Under the pieces are notes generated by a model, which saw only the letters and a list, made by a program, of their open reading frames with translations, searched no databases and was not told where the DNA came from. Shown piece by piece: positions 1-10,960 of a stretch of DNA of 64,000 nucleotides (its first letter is position 1; the number at the start of each line of letters is the position of its first letter). Source of the DNA: Nemertoderma westbladi (taxonomy: Eukaryota > Animalia > Xenacoelomorpha); contig JAUCBJ010009045.1 in the NCBI GenBank assembly GCA_032718475.1, forward strand, positions 48,228 to 112,227, read 5' to 3'. Made by a program: the position numbers and the translations under genes.

Positions 1-36
1 CAGATCAGATCAGATAAGGACAGACGTTTTATTCTA

Positions 37-1106
37 CCTCTTCGCCGTATCCGTATCCGTATGTATGCATTTGCCGTATCCGTATGTACATACAGACACA
101 CGCTTATGTGCCGTACCGGCATGTAATGGATTCCTATGGCTGTATGGGGAATAATCCGTATGTGATTTTTGAGATTAGGCATTGTGGACCAGTAAGAAGT
201 GCACAACACACATGCAGACTGAAGACAGGTGCCTACTTAAAGCTAAGTGATTTAAAGAGTGTGGCTGCCGCTACCTTTATGTCAAATAAACAATGCAGGA
301 CAGGTCCAGGATGAGTGACAGCCGGTGTCCGCCAGCCCCGAGATGCGCCAGCAGTGCAGTACCTACTGTATTAACCAGTTAACCCGTCTTGACGCCGCTT
401 GGAAAACTAACCAACCGTGATTTATTTTTGAACTGTTTTTCCACCAACCTGGCTGCCTGGCTATAGAATGTTGTTGGTTGCTACAGTATATGGCATTACT
501 GCATTAACATAGTATAGACTGATAGAAGCAGCAATGAGAATGCTAAGGGAATAAACATTCGCACAGATATTGAAAACCGTCGTGTCAGTTTGTCCTTCTT
601 TGTGAATTTATTAACATATAATATACCTTTACTTTCGCCGTTTCGGGGCCAGTATTTAGTTAACCATAGCAGGCCCTATGCAGCCAAGTGCCAACAAGAC
701 CAACCTAGTGCCAGTTAGTCAAACCACGTGTCACGTGTCAGCGAGTGCAACCGGGTGCCAGTAATTAATCTAATTTCAACCGGGTGGCAAGGTGTCAGTT
801 AGTACAATAAAACTTTAAGCGCTGTGGCGCATCCCGGGACTGAAGGACATCATCTGTCACTCATCCTGGACCTACAATGTTTATTTGACATAAAGGTAGC
901 GGCAGCCGCACTCTTTAAATCACTTAGCTTTAAGTAGGCCTACCTGTCTTCAGTCTGCATGTGTGTTGTGCTTGTGCACTTCTTACTGGTCCGTAATGCC
1001 TAATCTTTAAAATCACATACGGATTATTCTCCATAGGAATCCATTACATACGCGTATGTGCATACGGATACGGCAAATGCATACGGATGCGGATACGGCG
1101 AAAAGT
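37..1106. mobile_element. Non-autonomous foldback/MITE-like DNA transposon with ~300-bp inverted arms
   Basis: Left arm (ttcgccgtatccg..., taagtgatttaaaagagtgtggctgccgctacctttatgtcaaataaaca..., ggtccaggatgagtgacag) is the near reverse complement of ~820-1106 (ctgtcactcatcctggacc..., tgtttatttgacataaaggtagcggcagcc..., cggatacggcgaaaag). TA lies on both sides (35-36, 1107-1108). No transposase ORF. Confidence 0.85.
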
Positions 1107-3051
1107 TATACCCACCACTGTGTACTGCTTCACTGCATAAGGCAAAAACGCTTAACTGAGTTTAAGTCTGTAAGTGGCCTCGTTTGGCTATATAGCCTAG
1201 CCATATGGATATGTACGAAAAGTATAAGAAAAAACGTATCAGAGTATGCTCAATCCAACTGTCCAATGATATACCATATACACCGGTATATACAGATATA
1301 TATATAACACACCCCTAGTACGGTTACGGTACTGCTGCAGTGCTGTACTTTATTATTTCCTTTTAATGCAGGACTAGCTCATTTAGTTAAGGATTCTGCG
1401 GAGTATTGCAATATTGCCTTCAGAGCGCAAAATGCGCTCGTTAAAACAGGCCGTTACAAGCGATCTCCTCGTGCAAACTGCGCTAACTAAAGTTCGGAGT
1501 AAAACACCATCCATATCAAGATATAACGAGATGAAGGTTATCCCGCAACTCATGTACCAAGGACATAGTTTGTTCGGGTATGCGATGGACAATCCCTCGG
1601 AAATGGCGACAGAGGAGTCATCACATGTCACATGTTGAGTCCGCGCCCAGAGAGGCTCATTAAATAAAACTGAGATATTTCTCTACATGGGGGTCACACG
1701 TTGAGTCCGCGCCCGGAGAGACTCTTTAAACACTTGTCACACTATTTTTGGTTTTATGTTTAATTTTCAGGATTGTTACTTAATGCGGGGTCGATCTCCG
1801 CTGGTGGCGAATTCATTTTTTCCGCTCCATTTGCTATAGAGTTGGATCATCCTTAGTCCTGTTTAATTACTTAATAATTTATAAAGATAATAAGTGTTAT
1901 ATTTCTGATTGCTTACGTATAGCTTTTACACGAGTCCGACTTAGCTCTCATAACCTGAGAGTTGAAAAGGGACCCTGCAGCAGGACACCGAGGGACCGCA
2001 GAGTGTCACTGTGAAGGGACTTCTGTTCAGGATGAGTGTCATGTCCATTTGAACTGCGCACACTCAGCGCATATACGCCGTAAATCCGGAACTAAAATGA
2101 CAGCGCTACAGGATTTATTTTATTTTCTTTACCTTCTGTACCAATGTGTGTGTTGTTTATATACTGTATTTATAATGTTATGAAACTAGTATGTGTATGC
2201 ATGCATGGAGGGTAACGTAATGTACTCTTGCTGTTCACTCTTGTTTATTATTTATTTCGGTTAGGTCGCAGGTTCAAATGCGACTAAATGATGTAAAAAT
2301 TTCGCATTGTTGTTTCCCTAAGCAAGACACTGCATTATAGGTAACAGCCAAGAGAAAGGAGCATTCCGCAATATATCTATTACATATTGTAATATCGTTA
2401 CCGATCCAATCTCAGAGAATTACCCAGCAATCCAGAGAAATCGATGTGTAAATTTAAAATTACAAATTAAAATTGGCTTGACATCATACAACAGTACATT
2501 TTTAATCCAGTAATCCAATTTCATTCAATTCCAATACGCCGGTTTAGTTCACTCTGCATGATTGATGCATAATAGCATTTTTGAACATGTTTACAATTAA
2601 TTTAATAAATACAGAATATTGATCAGTTTAAATAAAAACATTCACAAATGAAATAATAAATAAATATATAAATTAACAGTACTACAGTAAATAAAAATTA
2701 CAAATATGGAAAAATTTAATATTCCTTAATAATTGAATAATTAAGCAGCTTTCAAATTCTCTTTTTAAACCGCATAACATTACTTGTATGCCTTATAATA
2801 ATAATAATTAATCAATTATTTATTTCAGTTAATTTTACCTGCATTATTTGAGATATTATTAATTTGGACTAATTTTAATAACTACCCTTATCGGCGCTGC
2901 AGTATCATATCAGGTGTAATTATGGGTCATTAAAACTATTATTTTATTTTATTAATAATTTAACTTTTAGTCAATAATATTAATGTAGGCTAATCTAGAT
3001 AAATGAAAAATAAATCAACAATTTTATATTATTTCGGAGACGCGAGCCCCG

Positions 3052-6000
3052 ATCTCGGGCCCCGGGATATCCAACCAATAGGTGCGTTGAGTTATCTCGG
3101 GCCCCGAGATATCCAACCAATCAGTGCGTTGAGTTATCTCGGTCCTCGAGATATCCAACCAATCAGTGCGTTGAGTTATCTCGGGCCCCGAGATATCCAA
3201 CCAATCAGTGCGTTGAGTTATCTCGGGCCCCGAGATATCCAACCAATCAGTGCGTTGAGTTATCTCGGGCCCCGAGATATCCAACCAATCAGTGCGTTGA
3301 GTTATCTCGGGCCCCGAGATATCCAACCAATCAGTGCGTTGAGTTATCTCGTTCCCCGAGATATCCAACCAATCAGTGCGTTGAGTTATCTCGGGCCCCG
3401 AGATATCCAACCAATCAGTGCGTTGAGTTATCTCGGGCCCCGAGATATCCAACCAATCAGTGCGTTGAGTTATCTCGTTCCCCGAGATATCCAACCAATC
3501 AGTGCGTTGAGTTATCTCGGGCCCCGAGATATCCAACCAATCAGTGCGTTGAGTTATCTCGGGCCCCGAGATATCCAACCAATCAGTGCGTTGAGTTATC
3601 TCGGGCCGCGAGATATCCAACCAATCAGTGCGTTGAGTTATCTCGGGCCCCGAGATATCCAACCAATCAGTGCGTTGAGTTATCTCGTTCCCCGAGATAT
3701 CCAACCAATCAGTGCGTTGAGTTATCTCGGGCCCCGAGATATCCAACCAATCAGTGCGCTGAGTTATCTCGGGCCCCGAGATATCCAACCAATCAGTGCG
3801 TTGAGTTATCTCGTTCCCCGAGATATCCAACCAATCAGTGCGTTGAGTTATCTCGTTCCCCGAGATATCCAACCAATCAGTGCGTTGAGTTATCTCGTTC
3901 CCCGAGATATCCAACCAATAAGTGCGTTGAGTTATCTCGGGCCCCGAGATATCCAACCAATCAGTGCGTTGAGTTATCTCGGGCCCCGAGATATCCAACC
4001 AATCAGTGCGTTGAGTTATCTCGGGCCCCGAGATATCCAACCAATCAGTGCGTTGAGTTATCTCGGGCCCCGAGATATCCAACCAATCAGTGCGTTGAGT
4101 TATCTCGTTCCCCGAGATATCCAACCAATCAGTGCGTTGAGTTATCTCGGGCCCCGAGATATCCAACCAATCAGTGCGTTGAGTTATCTCGGGCCCCGAG
4201 ATATCCAACCAATCAGTGCGTTGAGTTATCTCGTTCCCCGAGATATCCAACCAATCAGTGCGTTGAGTTATCTCGTTCCCCGAGATATCCAACCAATCAG
4301 TGCGTTGAGTTATCTCGTTCCCCGAGATATCCAACCAATCAGTGCGTTGAGTTATCTCGTTCCCCGAAATATCCAACCAATCAGTGCGTTGAGTTATCTC
4401 GTTCCCCGAGATATCCAACCAATCAGTGCGTTGAGTTATCTCGTTCCCCGAGATATCCAACCAATCAGTGCGTTGAGTTATCTCGGGCCCCGAGATATCC
4501 AACCAATCAGTGCGTTGAGTTATCTCGGGCCCCGAGATATCCAACCAATCAGTGCGTTGAGTTATCTCGGGCCCCGAGATATCCAACCAATCAGTGCGTT
4601 GAGTTATCTCGTTCCCCGAGATATCCAACCAATAAGTGCGTTGAGTTATCTCGGGCCCCGAGATATCCAACCAATCAGTGCGTTGAGTTATCTCGGGCCC
4701 CGAGATATCCAACCAATCAGTGCGTTGAGTTATCTCGGGCCCCGAGATATCCAACCAATCAGTGCGTTGAGTTATCTCGGGCCCCGAGATATCCAACCAA
4801 TCAGTGCGTTGAGTTATCTCGTTCCCCGAGATATCCAACCAATCAGTGCGTTGAGTTATCTCGGGCCCCGAGATATCCAACCAATCAGTGCGTTGAGTTA
4901 TCTCGGGCCCCGAGATATCCAACCAATCAGTGCGTTGAGTTATCTCGTTCCCCGAGATATCCAACCAATCAGTGCGTTGAGTTATCTCGTTCCCCGAGAT
5001 ATCCAACCAATCAGTGCGTTGAGTTATCTCGTTCCCCGAGATATCCAACCAATCAGTGCGTTGAGTTATCTCGTTCCCCGAAATATCCAACCAATCAGTG
5101 CGTTGAGTTATCTCGGGCCCCGAGATATCCAACCAATCAGTGCGTTGAGTTATCTCGGGCCCCGAGATATCCAACCAATCAGTGCGTTGAGTTATCTCGG
5201 GCCGCGAGATATCCAACCAATCAGTGCGTTGAGTTATCTCGGGCCCCGAGATATCCAACCAATCAGTGCGTTGAGTTATCTCGTTCCCCGAGATATCCAA
5301 CCAATCAGTGCGTTGAGTTATCTCGGGCCCCGAGATATCCAACCACTGAGTTATCTCGGGCCCCGAGATATCCAACCAATCAGTGCGTTGAGTTATCTCG
5401 TTCCCCGAGATATCCAACCAATCAGTGCGTTGAGTTATCTCGTTCCCCGAGATATCCAACCAATCAGTGCGTGAGTTATCTCGTTCCCCGAGATATCCAA
5501 CCAATAAGTGCGTTGAGTTATCTCGGGCCCCGAGATATCCAACCAATCAGTGCGTTGAGTTATCTCGGGCCCCGAGATATCCAACCAATCAGTGCGTTGA
5601 GTTATCTCGGGCCCCGAGATATCCAACCAATCAGTGCGTTGAGTTATCTCGGGCCCCGAGATATCCAACCAATCAGTGCGTTGAGTTATCTCGTTCCCCG
5701 AGATATCCAACCAATCAGTGCGTTGAGTTATCTCGGGCCCCGAGATATCCAACCAATCAGTGCGTTGAGTTATCTCGGGCCCCGAGATATCCAACCAATC
5801 AGTGCGTTGAGTTATCTCGTTCCCCGAGATATCCAACCAATCAGTGCGTTGAGTTATCTCGTTCCCCGAGATATCCAACCAATCAGTGCGTTGAGTTATC
5901 TCGTTCCCCGAGATATCCAACCAATCAGTGCGTTGAGTTATCTCGTTCCCCGAAATATCCAACCAATCAGTGCGTTGAGTTATCTCGTTCCCCGAGATAT

Positions 6001-7378
6001 CCAACCAATCAGTGCGTTGAGTTATCTCGTTCCCCGAGATATCCAACCAATCAGTGCGTTGAGTTATCTCGGGCCCCGAGATATCCAACCAATCAGTGCG
6101 TTGAGTTATCTCGGGCCCCGAGATATCCAACCAATCAGTGCGTTGAGTTATCTCGGGCCCCGAGATATCCAACCAATCAGTGCGTTGAGTTATCTCGTTC
6201 CCCGAGATATCCAACCAATAAGTGCGTTGAGTTATCTCGGGCCCCGAGATATCCAACCAATCAGTGCGTTGAGTTATCTCGGGCCCCGAGATATCCAACC
6301 AATCAGTGCGTTGAGTTATCTCGGGCCCCGAGATATCCAACCAATCAGTGCGTTGAGTTATCTCGGGCCCCGAGATATCCAACCAATCAGTGCGTTGAGT
6401 TATCTCGTTCCCCGAGATATCCAACCAATCAGTGCGTTGAGTTATCTCGGGCCCCGAGATATCCAACCAATCAGTGCGTTGAGTTATCTCGGGCCCCGAG
6501 ATATCCAACCAATCAGTGCGTTGAGTTATCTCGTTCCCCGAGATATCCAACCAATCAGTGCGTTGAGTTATCTCGTTCCCCGAGATATCCAACCAATCAG
6601 TGCGTTGAGTTATCTCGTTCCCCGAGATATCCAACCAATCAGTGCGTTGAGTTATCTCGTTCCCCGAAATATCCAACCAATCAGTGCGTTGAGTTATCTC
6701 GTTCCCCGAGATATCCAACCAATCAGTGCGTTGAGTTATCTCGTTCCCCGAGATATCCAACCAATCAGTGCGTTGAGTTATCTCGGGCCCCGAGATATCC
6801 AACCAATCAGTGCGTTGAGTTATCTCGGGCCCCGAGATATCCAACCAATCAGTGCGTTGAGTTATCTCGGGCCCCGAGATATCCAACCAATCAGTGCGTT
6901 GAGTTATCTCGTTCCCCGAAATATCCAACCAATCAGTGCGTTGAGTTATCTCGGTCCCCGAGATATCCAACCAATCAGTGCGTTGAGTTATCTCGTTCCC
7001 CGAAATATCCAACCAATCAGTGCGTTGAGTTATCTCGGGCCCCGAGATATCCAACCAATCAGTGCGTTGAGTTATCTTGGGTCCCGAGATATCCAACCAA
7101 TCAGTGCGTTGAGTTATCTCGGTCCCCGAGATATCCAACCAATCAGTGCGTTGAGTTATCTCGTTCCCCGAAATATCCAACCAATCAGTGCGTTGAGTTA
7201 TCTCGGGCCCCGAGATATCCAACCAATGAGTGCGTTGAGTTATCTTGGGTCCCGAGATATCCAACCAATCAGTGCGTTGAGTTATCTCGGGCCCCGAGAT
7301 ATCCAACCAATCAGTGCGTTGAGTTATCTCGTTCCCCGAGATATCAAACCAATCAGTGCGTTGAGTTATCTCGGGCCC
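3052..7378. repeat. 42-bp tandem array, ~103 copies (gagttatctcgggccccgagatatccaaccaatcagtgcgtt)
   Basis: Directly visible. Two main variants (ctcgggcccc / ctcgttcccc). The unit contains the palindrome TATCTCGGG-C-CCCGAGATA. A 9-bp deletion near 5345 and a 1-bp deletion near 5472 break the phase. Confidence 0.98.
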
Positions 7379-7833
7379 GGAATTGCAGACTTTTAGGTAA
7401 ACCAAGATAGTGGATATCTTCGAATATTTAACGCCTTTCTCAAGGAACGCGGTGTTTAGGTGCAGTATCATATACCCAAGAAGCATCACAAACTCGGATT
7501 TCGTTGTTAATAAAATTTGCTATTTCACTATTGCTATAGCCTACTGGAATTGTTACGTTATTTTTGAGTCCTACTTCAATGAATGAACGGATCCTATGAT
7601 TTTTCTAATGTGTCTGCTGAAAGTCTGCGTGTACTAAAAGTGCAATAAAACCAAGGTACAGTAATAATGTAGAATAGCACAAGTACAAAAACAATGTCAT
7701 ACACATGCCTTATTCTAAAATCCCGTTTTTTCGGTTTTTACATTTCAGAATCAGACAAAAATTGATTGGTTTGTTATCTCTCTGGTTTGAATTAGTAAGT
7801 CAGGTTAGGTCAGGTTAGGTTAGTAAGTTAGGT

Positions 7834-8052
7834 CAGGAGATAATACAGCTCAATGATTGGTTGGTTATCTCGGGGCCCGAGTTAGTAAGTCAGGGCCCGA
7901 GATAATACAGCTCAATGATTGGTTGGTTATCTCGGGGCCCGAGTTGGTAAGTCAGGGCCCGATATAATACAGCTCACTGATTGGTTGGTTAACTCGGTGC
8001 CCGAGTTAGTAAGTTAGGGCCCGAGATAATTCAACTAACTGATTGGTTGGAT
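7834..8052 (-). repeat. Three to four ~62-bp repeats related to the 42-bp unit, in inverted orientation
   Basis: tgattggttggttatctcggggcccgag is the reverse complement of ctcgggccccgagata(t/a)ccaaccaatca. Preceded by (caggttaggt)n-like sequence at ~7800-7835. Confidence 0.85.
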
Positions 8053-8130
8053 CTGTCAAACACAGGCATCACATCTGTCAACTATTTTTTCGCGCACCAA
8101 CCCTATTACGCAATATAATTGTATTATAAT

Positions 8131-8492
8131 TAACTACTGTATACACGGTTTGATCCACCCTGCAGTATTCGCTAACTACTGTAGACGGTTTGATCCATCA
8201 TGCAGTATTCGCTAACTACTGCACACGGTTTGATACATCCTGCAGTAATCGCTAACTACTGTAGACCGTTTGATCCATCCTCCAGTATTCGCTAACTACT
8301 GTACACGGTTTAATCAATCCTGCAGTATTTGCTAACTACTGTACACGGTTTGATCCATCCTGCAGTATTCGCTAACTACTGTACACGGTTTGATCCATCC
8401 TCCAGTATTCGCTAACTACTGTACACGGTTTGATCAATCCTGCAGTATTTGCTAACTACTGTACACGGTTTGATCCATCCTGCAGTATTCGC
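8131..8492. repeat. 40-bp tandem array, ~9 copies, overlapping the stop codon and 3' UTR of the LRR gene
   Basis: Unit gctaactactgtacacggtttgatccatcctgcagtattc. The copy at 8451-8490 encodes EYCRMDQTVYSS* on the minus strand. Confidence 0.95.
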
Positions 8493-8577
8493 CTGTATCC
8501 AGATTCTTTGCAATCAACTGATTAGGGTCTGCGTTTGGTACTTTATGTTCGATATAGACACGCCCATTACAACAATC
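8452..8577 (-). CDS. F-box/LRR-like gene, terminal coding exon (DCCNGRVYIEHKVPNADPNQLIAKNLDTGEYCRMDQTVYSS*)
   Basis: Acceptor ttatattttatacag|GAT, phase 0, compatible with the phase-0 donor at 8816. Ends in TAG. Confidence 0.75.
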   Translation of the reverse strand, partial: DCCNGRVYIEHKVPNADPNQLIAKNLDTGEYCRMDQTVYSS

Positions 8578-8816
8578 CTGTATAAAATATAAATAACTAC
8601 AAAGTAAAGTAATATCAAGTTTGGCATTACAACACAGACCCACTCACCCCGAATCACCCCCCCCCCCCCACACCCACTCCCGACTCACACCCACCCACAC
8701 CAACCCCGACTCATCCCAACCCGGGCCGTCGTGGAAACTAGCTCGGTGTCTGTGGCACCTAGCTCGGGGCCAGTTAATACTATACTGTAGCTACACCAAA
8801 ATAATAATACACTTAC

Positions 8817-9002
8817 TTTGAGGTATGTGAGAGCGGCTGTCGTCACTTTCGAGCAGGCCGTAACGTAAAGACTTTCCAACATATGGCAGTTATTAGCTAA
8901 CGCAATAACCGACTTGTCAGTCAAACCGTGAATACCACTAAGTACCACGTCCCTCAATTGGGCACATCCACCTGCTACATCGCAAATACCGGCATTAGAG
9001 AC
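8817..9002 (-). CDS. F-box/LRR-like gene, internal exon (VSNAGICDVAGGCAQLRDVVLSG...TTAALTYLK)
   Basis: Acceptor aatttatttcag|GTC and donor AAA|gtaagt, 186 nt, phase 0/0. Cysteine-containing LRR pattern continues from the previous exon (GCKE|VSNAGI). Confidence 0.9.
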
Positions 9003-9446
9003 CTGAAATAAATTAACTTTTATTAATGGAAGAGACAGCCCGCAATTTATTATCTGCCCATATGAAACCAAAGAACGTCAGCAAAATAATTGTAAGAACC
9101 GAGGCGCACTACACTCACACTCACAGATAGATTATACAGTAGTACCAAACGAGTCTAATCGTTAATATATTACAATTTAGGACTATTTTAACTAAACAGA
9201 TATATTTTAGGTATTATAATGAATCTTACGAGCCCAGCTTAAAGGTAAGGGGTGTTTGTTTATTATTAAATGTTATGGAAGCTTCACGTTGCTGATTAAC
9301 CTTTAGCGTGCAGTTATTGTACCACGTAACACACGTACAGTACAGATACAAACTTTCATCAAAGTTGGCAGCTGCGTTGCTGAGATATTGACTTTCAACC
9401 ATGTAATGCCAGACAGGCGGCTAACGGCGAGCCCATACCCGCACTA

Positions 9447-10890
9447 TGAGGCGCCCTTTGGGCCTTAAGGTTGTAGGGTACCCTAACAATATTTTAAAAA
9501 AATGTCGAAAAGGTTTTTTGACTATTTTTAAGATCAAAATTTTTCGAAGATTACAGAAATCGGGTTTTTATAGGAATAGGATAAGCCTAAGGTGCCCAAA
9601 TGTCTGTCAGTCGGTCTGTCTGAAAGGTCTGTTAAATCTGAGAGACAGGCAGACCGACAGTCTAGATTTGGTCAAACTCAAAAACTGACATCAAAAATGA
9701 AATCACCGACCAGGAAAACCCCTAGATCGGAATTTTTAGGCAGGTGGAGTACTTACTTATTTTTGACAACCAGTTTGAATAATTCCTTGTTTTATAAAAA
9801 AAATGGCGGGAAGCTTTGAAAACTTGGAATGTCTTTTTCTTGAAAAGTAATTTTTTGTGTTTTTTTTAGACACAAAGGTACACTTTTCTGAGGAACTACT
9901 GGGTGAAATCTCATGAAATTTTCAGGAAATGTTAACAACAACGATTGGCCTATGCATGACTAGAATGTTGTTGGATGGGTGCTTTCTTAACAAGTTATTA
10001 AGAAAACAGTTGTTGAAATTTCGAATTTGGGTCAAAAACCGGGCATTGTTTTCAAAAATTACTGTAAAAACAAAAAAAACACAAAAAAATGTAAAAATTT
10101 TTAATTTTGTTTAGTCTTACTCTTGTCCGAATGGTTGATACATCTACCTGCAAAATTTCAGGAAATTTTTTCGGAGTTCTCTCAGAAAGGTACATTTTGT
10201 TTAATAGTAAAATATTAAGAAAACCTTGCGGTACCCTACAACCTTAAAAATATTGCACATAACTTCTAACTTGATTGTAGTGTGTGGGCAGTTTAACATT
10301 CAAACGAACTTGGTTGTAGTGTGTGTGCAGTTTTGTCAGCTTACATGACCCTCACACTACAAAGAACTTCGTTGTAGTGGGCAGTTTAACATTCAAACGA
10401 ACTTGGTTGTTGTGTGTGTGTAGTTTTGTCAGCTTACGTGCCCTCTTACATGACCCTCACCCACACACCCCAACGTGTGTGAAAACATTTTTGGAAAATA
10501 TTGTGGAGTCGCGGAATAATGATACAGCGCCAGCACATATTGTTTGTAGATCCCCTCGGTCGTGCACTTAGTAGCCCAAACGCCGCCTCATACAATTTCC
10601 TTTTTATGCCGCCCCATTTTCGTATATATCTTGATCTTCCTATTGTTGGCTTTGGATAGGAGCGCTCTTAATCAGTTTAGCGTAGGACTGGTTTTATTTT
10701 GAGAAACAGACAGATTGAGTGACAATTTAATGTTTGAATTTCCCTCCACAATATTTCCAAAAATGTTTTCACACACTACAACAAAGTTCGTTGTAGTGTT
10801 GGGGAGATGATTGACGAGAAACTCCACACACACAACAACCAAGTAGTTTATTGTTGTGAGATATATTTTTGTGGCCCAAACGGCGCCTCG
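9447..10890. mobile_element. Degenerate inverted-repeat element (MITE-like), interrupted by the TTAA element
   Basis: gaggcgccctttgggcc at ~9448 versus ggcccaaacggcgcctc at ~10873-10889. Inner arms tgtgtgaaaacatttttggaaaatattgtggag (~10476-10508) and ctccacaatatttccaaaaatgttttcacac (~10744-10774). No clear TSD. Confidence 0.6.
9469..10243. mobile_element. Non-autonomous DNA transposon with TTAA TSD, Kolobok-like
   Basis: ttaa|ggttgtagggtacc ... ggtaccctacaacc|ttaa: a perfect 14-bp TIR. A TTAA TSD with purine (GG) termini fits Kolobok rather than piggyBac (CCY). Confidence 0.8.
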
Positions 10891-10960
10891 TCGATACCTG
10901 AGGATGTTCAGAGAAAGCTTAGTGAAAATTATCATAGGCGAAATGAAACAATTATCGAAG

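Noticed and set aside
2264-2332. SINE-like fragment (ggtcgcaggttcaaat ... ccctaagcaagacact)
   Set aside because: Only a degenerate B-box-like motif, too short to support a call.
3003-7489. Five 640-840-aa repetitive ORFs on both strands
   Set aside because: A 42-bp unit (multiple of 3) lacking stops in several frames is open by construction. The ORFs overlap in multiple frames, are broken by a 1-bp deletion, and show no synonymous variation pattern.
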